Shown here: positions 25,794 through 37,697 of the stretch, piece after piece
Numbering within the stretch: position 1 is the stretch's first letter
Layout of the letters: each line of letters opens with the position of its first letter
Assembly (NCBI RefSeq): GCF_028641065.1
Contig: NC_073379.1
Location: 33,046,001 to 33,110,000 of the forward strand
DNA from: Leucoraja erinacea
Lineage: Eukaryota
Reading direction: 5' to 3'
DNA length: 64,000 nt
Notes under the pieces: generated by a model
Told to the model about the DNA's origin: nothing
The model's input: the letters and a program-made list of their open reading frames with translations, nothing else
The model's database searches: none
Made by a program: the position numbers and the translations under genes

Positions 25794-26018
25794 TGTCAGT
25801 CTGAAGAACGACAACTGGGGTTTCCAACAGATCTTTATTCAAAAGTTTGATTTCTAGTATACAGGTTCTTTAGACACGTCTGCCCGCAACGGTGGTCAGC
25901 GCTGAACTAATGCGCGCAAGCAAAAACAGCGCAAAACAAGCGGCCCCTCCCGAGTCACGTGACCGCGGATTCGGAATGCCGGGTTCGATCTCTGTGTACA
26001 CCAGCAGGCGCCGCTACA
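25794..26018 (-). repeat. 5' LTR of the Gypsy element
   Basis: minus strand TGTAGCGG...ACTGACA (TG..CA), AATAAA near 25834-25839, followed after 3 nt by the PBS. Confidence 0.8.
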
Positions 26019-28699
26019 GCCATTCAAAAAGTTGCAAGCTGATAGTGATATTGTTTTAAATGTATTATTTCTGATTTCAATTCCAGTTTATATGTTTGTA
26101 CATTACATTTTAACTCCTGTTTTGTGATATTTCCCAGTATATAGAGTACAATTCTATTTTCCATAAAGTCATTCTATTCGGTCAACATTTGCCAGTCTAC
26201 AAATATTGAGTTAGCAAACTTGGTAAAATTATGTTATGTGCTGACCCCACTGATGTCTAATGGAGACATCACTTTTGTTCCTGCTGTATACATTCAAAAG
26301 CCAACTAAATCATAACTGTTTGCAAAACGACTCCACAGATTTGCTGGTGCTTCAATTTTGTTTTTTTTTTACATTTTTAATCATAATATTTTCAAAAGAT
26401 GTCATGAATGATTAAAAAAAAACAACAATCTCAAATTCTATAAAAGGTTTGAGATAAGGGCATTCAATTGGAGTTTATAAATGGGAGATAGTTATAGGAA
26501 AATATATATGTTATCAGATCATTTATAAATAAAAAAACAGTACTCCTCCTGTACCAAGAAATGTAAAGAAAATATACAATAGTATGTACAGAAAAATGAA
26601 TGTGAGTGCACTTAGCCCCAAGTGCATAATGTACCATTTTATCCAAGACAGTAGAATTACTAGTTTTCAATGCATCTGCCTATCTTCTCTTCCTGTGGTG
26701 TTCCCAGTGCTGTATCACTAATAGACATGTGGAGTTCAATTGCAAAAACTTCAATCAATTAAGCAACCATTCAAATATTTTCAGTATACCTTGGAAATAG
26801 CTTTCTACAATTGCAAGGATATGTTATAGGAGTCGTTAAAGGCCGTAAGGATTTGATTGCTTTAACGTCCAATTAAGGCATATGAATTCTCATTAAACAT
26901 CTCCGAGAAAGCAGAGATTTGTGAAACAGGAAAAATATATATTTTTCCCACATTTTACTTGACAGTGTTAGATGAAATTTCTGTCAAGCTGTGATGGACT
27001 AGAATCGTATATTTAAAACAACTTTAGATTATTCTGTTACAGAGTCCAGTTGATAAAATGTGTAGGGAGAAATTATTTGATGGACAAGTAAAAATCTGAA
27101 TCTACACATTACTTAATGTGGAAACAATTTGAACATCTCAAAATACTAACTGTGCATCAAAGGTTTGCAAGTTATTGGAATATGGTTTTATATTTTACTA
27201 ATTGTACATATTTTCTATGACCTACTATTATTAGCTTGAAGCCTGGACTGAGTAATTTTCCATTGCTTTATGAGAGCCTGCCTCATGGTAATACGCTCAC
27301 AGATATTTGGTAATGACAGAACAGAGACATAATCTGCATACTAATTCACTGCCATGCACGGTGAACTTCCAAATGGAAACTTCCATATCATTTCTGTGAA
27401 ATGAGTAATGATAGACATGTCAAATGCGCACATTCCTTTAGTTACTGTTCAAAACCTTCAGCCAGTCAGTGAAAGCAAGTTGCAAATCGGCCCTCTCCCG
27501 GGAGTCACCTCATCAACGCATATGTCATTTGCCTTATATATAAAATGAATATATTTATCGGCACAAGATATTTTGTTTGTCTTGAGGAAAATCTGGAATT
27601 GTGTGAAGATCACAATTAGCCACAGTATTTTACAGCCAAGTAAACATCATAGCAATGTAGAGAATAGTTGGAAAAGAAAGGTCCCAATAAAAACAATGTA
27701 ATTATCATGTTGCTTGAAAATAACTATTGGCCAATGTATTAGGGTAATTTCTCCAGCTCCTCCTTCAATTCAATTTACAGCATATTTAGCCCAAGTGGTG
27801 ACTTGCACTATTTGTGCTCCATATAAACTGTCGTCCACTGCTTTCATTACACTTGTTCAGCAGTACATGAGGGAAATACAAATAGATCATATTTACTGAC
27901 CTTAAATAATCATGCCAGATCATTAAAACTTTTGCAGCGTGGCATTTGAATAATTTGGTTAACCTTCCGCCATCAAGTTCCATGATTCTCTATTCCCACT
28001 GACATCACAGCTTGCTTCAATAGCCTCCTGCACCCCCATCTTATTGGGATGCAGGAACTCTTTCTTCCTTCACAATTTTGTTACAAGCACGCTCTGCTTT
28101 GCTCTGCTCTTTCTCCCCATGGTCAGCACTTGTTGAATGGTGCATAACACCATTTCTATTTATCTCAGATCAACCTTTTATGAAATGCAGCTAACTTTAA
28201 ATAAGTTAACAAAAGCCTATTTATCCAATCAATTGAAATTAATCGCCAAATATTAATAATTAAGCAAGCTAACATTTACATCCATAATCACCTATTTTGA
28301 CCAATTTGGAGCAATTACTAACCAGCATACAAACTTTCATAAATTTCCATTTGCATCAATATGTAACATAGACTAAAATAGTGATTTTTTTTTTCGAATA
28401 ATAGATTAAGTAATCATTTAAATCAATTTATGGTTTGAACTCATAATTTGATTCACCAGTCACAACAATTTTTTTTACTCCTTCAACAATTCATGAAAAG
28501 ATAACACAACTTTAAATACTGCACATAATTTACTTTACAGATTTATTTTATACTAATTTTACTTTGAGATGAATATGAAAATTAGGTTCCGAAATCTTCA
28601 AACTGTACGAATACTCTGCCAGTTGTTTCTGATCCCAGCCTCAAACATAATATTGAACAGCACTTATCAACAGCGTTCAGCACTTATCCTGTCAGAAAC

Positions 28700-30475
28700 C
28701 CATCCGAACAAATAGTTCCCCTCCCATCCATGACCTGGCTGTCTCATTGGTCTGTTCTTCAAAATTATACTGTTTCCAACCTGTTACTCTACCCTCCCTT
28801 GTAAAGCTGGTCACCACCATGAAACCTACCACTTGCCCCCTTGATATTGTCCCCTCTGCCCTTCTGAAGGATGTTATTACAATAGCCGGTCTCAGCATCC
28901 TCGCCATCTTCAACAGTTCTCTGGCCACTGGCACTGTTCCTACCTGCTTCAAGCATGCGGTGGTCCAGCCCCTCCTGAAAAAACCTAACCTCGACCCCAC
29001 CTTGTCAAGCAACTACAGACCCATTTCAAAACTGCCTTTCCTTTCAAAAGCCCTTGAAAAGGTAATTTTAAGTCAACTTATGCCTTATCTTCACCAAAAT
29101 ACTATCTTGGAAACTTTCCAATCAGGTTTCAGGGCCCACCACAGCACAGAGTCTGCCTTGTTGAAGGTACATAATGACCTACTGCTCACCGTTGACTCCG
29201 GCGACTGTGCAATCCTGCTCCTTCTCGACCGCAGCATTTGACACTGTCGACCACACCATCCTAATTGACCGTCTCCTGTACGGGGTTGGTATTGATGGCA
29301 CTGCCCTGAACTGGTTCATCTATGACCTGAAAGGTAGGAGTTTCTCTATTAACATAGGAAACTCTTTCTCCTCCCCAGCTAGCCTCTGCTGTGGGGTTCC
29401 ACAAGGTTCCATCCTTGGCCCCATTCTCTTCTCCCTGTATATGCTCCCCTTAGGCCAAGGCATTCAAAGGCACGGCATTTCCTTCCATTGCTACGCAGAT
29501 GATACGCAACTCTATCCCCCCCTGAAGCCCAAAAAACGATCAAATCTGCTTAACCTTATCCGCTGCCTCGAGGATATAAAGTGTTGGATGGCCCAGAACT
29601 TCCTCCAACTAAACTAGAGTAAGTCTGAGGTCATCTTTCTCAGCCCCTCAGACTCAATCAAAATGATAGCAGGCAGCCTTGGAAGCCTTACCCCATTACT
29701 CAAACCTCACGTCTAGAACCTTGGCGTGATATTTGACTCGGCATTGAAATTTGACAAACAAGTCAATGCCGTGGTAAAAGCTAGCTTCTTCCAGCTTTGG
29801 ACGATAGCTAAAATAAAACAATTCCTCCAGTTTGATGCCTTGAAAAGATCATCCACACATTTATCTCACCCCGCCTAGATTACTGCAACTCCCTCTACAC
29901 TGCCATCAGCCAATCTTCCCTGTCCCGCCTGCATCTGGTCCAAAACGCCGCAGCGAGACTCCTGATGGGCACCTGAAAAAGGGACCACATCGCCCCGATC
30001 CTGGCCTCTCTCCACAGGTTCCCTGTGTGGTTCCGAATAAATTTCAAGATCCTTCTTTATGTTTACAAAGCCCTTAATGGGCTTGCCCCCACCTACATCA
30101 AAAGTCTGCTTACCCACCACACCACCTCCAGGTCCCTCAGATCGGCCGACTTGGGGTTACTGAACATCCTAGGCATAAGCTCAGGGGTGACCACGCCTTT
30201 GCGGTTGCAGCTCCTAGACTGTGGAACAGCATCCCTCTTCCAATCAGAACTGCCCCCTCCATCGACTCCTTTAAGTCGAGACAAAACTCATCTTTACTCT
30301 CAAGCCTTTCTTGACGTCCTCTGAGTGAGGGCTATATGTATATATTTGTGTATGTACTTAATCTATGAACCACTGTTGTATAACGTTAGTACCTCCACCA
30401 ATGTAAAGCACTTTGGCCAACGAGAGTTGTTTTTTAAATGTGCTATAAATAAAAGTGACTTGAGTGACTTGACTT
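28700..30475 (+). mobile_element. L2-clade LINE, RT domain to 3' tail, degenerate
   Basis: PTTCPLD, FKHAVVQPLLKKPNLDP, NYRPISKLPFLSK, FQSGFRAHHSTESAL, AAFDTVDH, GVPQGSILGP, CYADDTQLY, RINFKILL; tail TGTAAAGCACTTTG...TGCTATAAATAAAAG(TGACT)n. Confidence 0.93.
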
Positions 30476-30949
30476 CCAGTAACTTACCCATTACTGATGT
30501 TCAGCTCACCAGCCTGAAGCTCCCTGGCTTGTCTTGCAGACCTTCTTAAATTTGGATCTGGCATGATCTTAATGAACGGTGGGATAGGCTTTAGGGGCCA
30601 TAAATGATATTGCAGCTGTCATTTTTTGTTGAAATGTGATAATTAACATAAGCATAGTCAATCAGGCATTAGTTAGTTATTTCGTCTTAATTTCCAACAT
30701 TTGCACTTGAGTAATGCAGATTTTCAAATTAACTAATGAACAAGTTTGCTATTTTATGAACACCAGTGTTTGGCATTTTCTACTGCTCTGTGATAGCAGC
30801 ACATAATCAGATTTTTTTTCAGTTGGAAATATGAAAAGAAAATGTATATTGCAGTGGGAGAAAAACAGTTGGATAATGAGCAAGTGAAATTAATTTACTC
30901 AGTATCAAATTAACAGTCCTTCTGATGTATCAAACTTGTATTTACGGCA

Positions 30950-31270
30950 TGACCATTGGGCCCCGTTCTCCCAATGCAATATTCCACCACTCACCCGTTC
31001 CCCCACCGCAACCCATTCCCCCAAGGCAATATTCCACCACTTACTCGTAGCCCCAAAAAGGTGCGGCTCAATTCCCATCACCCCCCAGCACTACCTCCCA
31101 CTCATCTTTACCATCCCTCTTCTTTCCCCTCTCCTCCTCCCCTCCCCATCCCTCACTCACCTCTCCCTTCCTCTCCTTTCCCCTCCCTCCATAACTCCTC
31201 TCCCCTCCCTACCCACCTCCTATCTCTCTATCCCCTACCTCCCCCACTCTTCACATCCCCCTACGCCCCG
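30950..31270. repeat. repeat fragment with a C/T-rich tract, possibly Helitron-related
   Basis: GACCATTGGGCCCCG start resembles the Helitron hairpin region at 22228; duplicated GCAATATTCCACCAC; polypyrimidine tract 31085-31262. Confidence 0.4.
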
Positions 31271-31271
31271 G

Positions 31272-31460
31272 TGATAGCTTTTGTGATGTATTCAAAAGAG
31301 ATTTAGATATAGCTCTTAGGGCTAACGGAATCAGGGGATATGGGGAAAAAGCAGGAACAGGGTATGGATTCTGGATGATCAGCCATGATCATATTGAATG
31401 GCGGTGCTGGCGCGAAGGGCCAAATGGCCTGCTCCTGCACCTACTTTCTATGTTTCTAAG
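31272..31460 (+). mobile_element. CR1 3' tail
   Basis: GGAATCAGGGGATATGGGG..GATGATCAGCCATGATCATATTGAATGGCGGTGCTGG..TTTCTATGTTTCT. Confidence 0.88.
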
Positions 31461-32864
31461 TATGTGATAAGCCTTCATGACCTTCTAATGACCCATACAT
31501 CTTTCACATGAATAAAATGAAACGGTTCTATAGATTGCACTAGCAATGCCTGGGCTTGCCCTGGTGGTCACCACCATGTTCTGGTTTTCTGTCTACCTCA
31601 CCGTGGCAGTTAATTTGTAAGGTGGGGCAGTCTGCTGATTCTGACTATGTCCACCTCACCCTCACCCATGGACCTCACCCATGACAAACTTCTGACAACT
31701 CACTCAATGTCCTTTTTGTAATATTTAAATCGTCACAATAATTTTAAAATTCTCAATAAAATAAATATATGATTGCTTGATATGTTCAAATAGGTTTGTT
31801 TAAATCATCACATCAGTATTAATGGAAAACACAACTATTCCATGCCTTTTAATGAAGGTCTGTGACATTATTTAGATGAATGGGACCATGAATGAAGCAC
31901 CACCAATGACCATAATATAGGTCAAAGGCCAGATACAAAGTGCATTCAATCCCCTGTTTCAATAATGCCACTGAGCATGGTGATTAATTCAAGAATGAAC
32001 TAAAAAGTTAGATGCACTTGCATCTGGTATCCAACATGCTATATAGCCCTGTGATTGTAATGTAGAAGCAGTTAAGTCTTAAATAGGCTGGTCCACATAC
32101 TGGAGCTATGCAGCAATTTACTGGGGAACCACCTGCTATTTCTCAGTACAATCCAGCCCCATACTTGTTTAATAACCATTATTTGGTAATTGCAATTGCT
32201 TCACTGATTAAGGAAATGTATAGCAATAAAGATGTTCAGGAGTGGGAGTGGGTGAGATAAAGAGACTGTAAAGGAAGAGATAATAATCGATGTTAATTAA
32301 AAAAACAAATTGCCTTTTATAACTCAATGAGGTACCATACAGCATAAGGGTTAGTCAGTATCATAGGTAACCCTGCACCAGGTCAATGTAGAACCACCCA
32401 GCTGTGTGAAACTCGGAACAATATTATTAACAAAGGGCAGCCTCTTTAGTCTTCACGGTGATAGAGCTTGCAATGTGCTGGGTGTTTTGTTGATTGCATT
32501 CAAAGATGACACCAATACAAGGTAAAGCCCAAACTTGAGTGGGAAGATCCTGATGTTAAAAAACTTGCCTGCTGTAGAGGAGCCAGAAATCAGGGTATTA
32601 AAGAACACCAGCCCTCCTCCAGGTCGTAGGCTGTGCCGACAAATTTTAAGGGACTTTACTCACTTTACAATGTACACAATTAAGTTTCGAGATACAAATA
32701 CTCTTCAAAGGTATTTCTTAAAGATAGTGGTGTTGGCATCATCTTTCTGCAAAAAGAGCGAGTAGAAAATTGCTTATGCCACCTTTGCAGACAATGGGAG
32801 TGGAGCCACTGCTGCACCATCATGGCTGCAGAGTAGAGATGCAACTGGCCATTATCAAGGACCA

Positions 32865-33070
32865 AAACACAGGTTTTCTGGAACAACTCAGTGGGTTAGG
32901 CAGCATCTTTGGAGGAATGAAAAGAGACCATTTCAGGTCAAGTTCCTTCTTAAGTTTGATTAGAAATGTTGCCTGATCATTTCCTCCACAGATGGTTTCC
33001 GTACATGTAGAGCTGGCTGAGTTCCTCCAGCACTATGTGTATTGAATCAATATTTCAACATCTGCATTTT
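32865..33070. mobile_element. old Penelope-end-derived palindromic element
   Basis: CTGGAACAACTCAG..GGCAGCATCT mirrored by AGATGGTT..CTGAGTTCCTCCAGC, then CAACATCTGCA. Confidence 0.55.
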
Positions 33071-34509
33071 CATGCGTTTCCATTATTAAGAACCACGGAA
33101 GAATGGCTGAAAGATGGTGAAATTAGCTGTGTTGAATCCCACTGCCTCAGAAAGATTAATTTCCTTCTTAGACAGCTTCTGTAAATTCAGTGACTTGCAG
33201 GTGAGAACAGCAATCACAGAGTTGTAACTGGTTTGATCTTGCCAGATGATGTCCATATCAGTTAAATGATTGTTTATCCACATGGGAGGTGTGTCACCAG
33301 TTTTATCCCAGGCATGACTTCCAGTTAACATGATGACTGGGCTTTTCCCTGCAGAAAATATGGATGATTCATTTGGGACCAAAAGCACAAAGCTTATTTC
33401 CTGCAAAACACATCCTCACTTTATATCAGTGCCATTAGGGAAATATCAGTGCCACTCCCAGACAGTTGCTGGGAGTGGCCTTCCTTGCTTTTGAACATGG
33501 CACGTTGAAGGTAAGCACATCAGGTACTGACAATTGACAGCTAAAGTGGAAAACGTTTAAACATTAACTGCTCAGACTAACAAAAGATTTACCCCCCCCC
33601 CCCAACGGATGTAATGAACACTTTAAACCTACCACCCACACTCGCTGAAAATATTCTCTCTGCTGGAAATATGTGAATTGTGTTATGCTGGAGGCTATGT
33701 CGTATTATTCACATGTAATGAAGGAGCAAACATAATCCTACTCAGTTCCACGTGTATGTTTTATTTAAATGAGTCAATTCAAAAGTTTGCTCAATTGACA
33801 TTGATATATAAGTAGCCTGCAGAAATCTAAGAAATGCCAGATGAAGTGAGGAGATGATACATTTAGATTTCCTTCTGCCATTCATGTATTTGAAGGGGTC
33901 TGCTCTACTGTACCGGTGTGGAGGGACTCTTGACTTCTCTACCAGAAAATATGAGACTGGTTTGTAGAAAATGACCAGGAGATCCAGCTGCAAATGCATA
34001 ATGTTCTCAATATGGAAACTCTTGAACAAAAATAGTCAGTGACACAGTCAGAGACACAGTACAGAAACAGGCCCCTTGGCCCACCAAGTCTTCATTGACT
34101 ATCACCCACCCATTTCCACCAATACTACATTAATACCATTTTAATAATCTCCCCATATTCCTCTCAAATTTCCCCAGATTATTCTACTCACTGGGACATC
34201 ACTCCCTCCCTCAGAAGCTGCTCTGATCTGCCAATCCACAACATCATTGGTAACAACTGGGTCAAATTAGTTGATATTGGTTTTCACATTCAAACCTTGT
34301 CAGCTTACTCCTTATAAAACCCAGGCTTTCTAGAGAGAGGGAAGCGAGATTCCTCCCTGCTAGTATAGTTCCCCTGTTGTAGGTTTGAGGAAGACTGAAG
34401 CACTGGAACAAACCTGATGCCACCTTGTGGTTAAGACTGAGCTGCTGGGAAGAAGCCCTAGAAAGCCAGTGCCTCTTCTGAAGCTAAGGCTGAGTTGCCG
34501 GGGTAAGAG

Positions 34510-34660
34510 AGAGCTTGATAGGGCTCTTAAAGACAGCGGAGTCAGGGGATATGGGGAGAAGGCAGGAACGGGGTACTGATTGTGGATGATCAGCCATGAT
34601 CACATTGAATGGCGCTGCTGGCTCGAAGGGCCGAACAGCCTACTCCTGCACCTATTGTCT
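34510..34660 (+). mobile_element. CR1 3' tail
   Basis: GGGGATATGGGGAGAAGGCAGGAACGGGGTACTGATTGTGGATGATCAGCCATGATCAC..CCTACTCCTGCACCTATTGTCTA. Confidence 0.88.
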
Positions 34661-35259
34661 AAGCCTGAATTGCCAGTGTCTCCTTTAGCCACAGACAACA
34701 AGGGACTGTGCCCAAACAGCAGCACAGACTGCGCCACCAGGATAATCCAGAGACTGCCACCTCTGTCTGTTCGAACTCATCCAAAGTTGAGTTGCCTGGA
34801 TAAGCATGGGACTGCCAGCATCTCCTCTTGAGGCAAGGGCGAACTGCATGAAGAAGCCTGAGATGGCCACGCCTTCTCCTTTGATAACAGGACTGAGCTG
34901 CCAGGACAACCCAAGATCACTTGCGTCATCTTGCTTGCACCCTGAGTGCAGCAGACAACGCACCCATGCAATCCTAGACTCTCTTGTCACCGTAAATAAA
35001 ACATATACATGAGTTCATCTTACTGGGAGTGTCGGTGTGGTCGCTGCCGAACCTGGTGGCATCCCCGACGCCACATCACCTACATAGTCGCAACAATTAC
35101 AGTGGCAAATTAAACTACGCAAATCTCTGGGTTGTGGGAAGAAATCCTTCACAGTGAAAGCATGTAAATGCCACATAGGCTTGCCCAAGGTCTGGATGGA
35201 ACCAAGGTCTCTGGTGCTGTGAACCAGTGGCTTTCCTAGCTGTGCCAATGTAGTGCCCT

Positions 35260-36125
35260 AAAGGTACAACTCTGAAAGCTGAAGTCCAACAGAAAACATG
35301 TGAATTCAAGGAATGCTGAAGATTCAGCAACTCAACTGCAACCATGATGTACGTGGGTTCTTCAGCACCATTAAGGCCATTTGCAGAGTGTATATCCATA
35401 AGCCCACAAGGCTCAGAGCCAAGACTGAAAGAGAATTTAACAACGTCACTGGAATTGTTTACTGGAAATAGTCCTTAGAAGATTCCTTAATTGTGGCGCT
35501 GTCCTTTATGTGAGCATTCCATCCATGGCAGTATTGCCATTGTACAGCATGCTACACAGTCCAAGTTTGCTACATATCCGACCAATCATAAATGCCAGTT
35601 GAGAAAGAACTTCAGTCACCGAATCATAACCATTGCCTCTCTGAGCTGGACACAGAAGGCATACCTGGGGACCGCAACAAGGCTGTAATCATGGCCAACA
35701 CGAGGAATGGAAATACACAGAATAGTAGTGAAACAATTTCATACTGCCAGCACAGGGAAAGCTGCCACCATGGTCTGCCTTAATTTTATCCTCCCTAACC
35801 TTAACCCAATTTCTTTCTCGACTGGAGTCAAGCATGGTTTCATCAATGGTCTGATCTCTTCTCAAGGCAAAGCTTCACCTTTGCCAAGCTTCCAGCAGGT
35901 GTGGAGGAAATCTCCCGGATAAAAGGGAAGTTGTTCAGCGAGCATTGTCTCCCCTTCAGAAACAAGGCCACTGCAACCTCTGTGGCCGAGCTGCTGTTTG
36001 CAGATAACTCCCCAACATTGGCGGTTTTGGAGGCTGAGTTCCAAGTCACCATTGATTCATTCACTGAAGAACAATGAGAGAAAGATTTGCATTTAAAATC
36101 CACAAGACAAAAGAGCCTTTACCAA
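35260..36125 (+). mobile_element. ancient RTE-clade LINE RT remnant
   Basis: TGVKHG (~35821), KGKLFS, SVAELLFADN (~35979), EAEFQVTIDSFTE: degenerate RTE-type GVKQG and LLFADD motifs. Confidence 0.6.
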
Positions 36126-36189
36126 ACAGTAGTAAAATGACACAGTAGTAAAAAAAACACAGTACTTGGCATAGTAGTGCAAGACAGAT

Positions 36190-36385
36190 TCAAAAAGCTG
36201 GAGTAACTCAGCGGGTCAGACAGCATCTCTGGAGAGAATAAATTGGCGAAACACACGAAGAAGGGTCTCAACCTAAAACATTGCCTATTCCTTTTCTCCA
36301 GAGATGCTGTCTGATCTGCTGAGTTACTCCAGCTTTTTGTGTCTATCTTCAGTTTAAACCAACATCTGCAGTTCCTTCCTGCACA
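36190..36385. mobile_element. Penelope-end-derived palindromic element
   Basis: AAAAAGCTGGAGTAACTCAGCGGGTCAGACAGCATCTCTGGAGA inverted as TCTCCAGAGATGCTGTCTGATCTGCTGAGTTACTCCAGCTTTTT. Confidence 0.8.
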
Positions 36386-36779
36386 TAGCAGTGCAAGGGG
36401 TGGCATCATGGGTTGTATTTCTATTTGCCATTTAAGTAATATTTCTGAAGCATTACTGGAGGCAAGAGAAGGTCCTTCAATTTGGCAGTGTGATTACAAA
36501 GTGAATAAACCAGTGTGAATCTGTCACATAAATTTAGTATCCATTTACCGCTCAAAAAATAAATATTTTTTTCAAAGTTTTGCAAACCGGCTTTTCTGTT
36601 GTCATTTTAGCATCCTTATTGTTTAGCATCACTTGATATGCAAATTTGGAGGCCTTCGGAGATATTTGTGACACTATCCATCACAACAAAGCAATGAGAG
36701 TGAAGCATTTTGAGTCTGAGATGGAGGGACAATATTTGGAAGAGTGCAGAGCATTTTAGCTGTTTAATTTCTCATCAAA

Positions 36780-37172
36780 GCTTATGATGATGGGGAATTT
36801 CATTGAAACCTACTGTTTAATGAAAGGCCTAGATAGACTGAATGTGGAAAGGATACTTCAATTAAAAGGAGAGTCTAGAGCCAGAGGGCACAACCTCACA
36901 ATTAAAGGACATACCTTCAGAATGGAGATTAGGATGCATTTCTAAAGCTAGGGAGTGGTGAATCTGTGGAATTGTTTGCCATGGATGGCTGTGGAGGCCA
37001 AGACATCAGGTATTTTTAAATTGGAGATTGATAGATTCTTGCTTAGGAAGAGTGTCAAGTTACAGAGACAGCAAGAGAATGTGGTTGAGAGGGAAAGATC
37101 GATCAGCCATGATTGAATGGCAGAGTATACTCGATGGGCTGAATGGCTCATTTCTACTGCTTTATCTTATGA
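36780..37172 (+). mobile_element. CR1 3' fragment, older
   Basis: GAGTCTAGAGCCAGAGGGCACAACCTCA..GTGGTGAATCTGTGGAATT..GATCAGCCATGATTGAATGGC tail. Confidence 0.8.
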
Positions 37173-37249
37173 GATTCAAAAACCTCTGACTGGTATATCA
37201 ACCCTAAGCTTTGAAATGATCTACTGATCAAACTCTTGTCACCGTTAAA

Positions 37250-37697
37250 GGAGAGAAGGGGAGAGAGAAGTACTGAAAACATTTTTAAGAAGTCTGACAA
37301 CTTATAATAAAGTTTAGCGGGCATTTTACCTACTGGTCGGTTTTCCTTGGTCCTGAAAACTCCGCTGAGCCAATTAAAATGCCCGGTCAGCGAATGAGAT
37401 TGTCTACGGTTGCCCTCGACTGCCTGTAACTAAATAGCGACCCCACTCCACTGCATTACGAGTTAAAAAGAAAAATGCCGACCAATTTTTACTTGTGGAA
37501 AATTTTTCAACACGAGGAAAAAATTTCCGCGACCTAGCTGAGGCCGCAAGTATGCGGGAACTTCCCTCAAGCATGAAGGAGAGTTCCAGTGACCACATAG
37601 GACCACCCAGGACCACGTGTAGACCATGCTGCGAGTTTGAGTCAAGGGCAAACTGTTCTAAACTCGCAGATGAGGTCCCCGCAGTGGGACAGCTCCT
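37250..37697. mobile_element. PIF/Harbinger-like MITE, left end lost
   Basis: right TIR GCAGTGGGACAGCTCCT-TTA; GCGAGTTTGAGTCAAGGGCAAACTG is the reverse complement of 3069-3095; internal similarity to the 42789 and 62799 copies. Confidence 0.7.

Larger units (their letters stand above)
24455..26018 (-). mobile_element. Gypsy LTR retrotransposon, 5' part only (LTR, PBS, gag, protease); frameshifted and 3'-truncated
   Basis: gag PAFWPDQPQVWFAHVEAQF, FLEQMPDEVQ, WCYYHQRHG; protease FMVDFGAQASILP..FIVADVAQPILGADFL; ends just before the RT core. Confidence 0.9.

Noticed and set aside
25796-25807. TCAGTCTGAAGA at the Gypsy LTR end resembling the hammerhead start
   Set aside because: No helix II or GAAA box follows; coincidental
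33086-33406. 106-aa minus-strand ORF after a TTTTGCAG, possible host exon
   Set aside because: No recognisable domain and no supporting neighbouring exons; cannot be supported without a homology search
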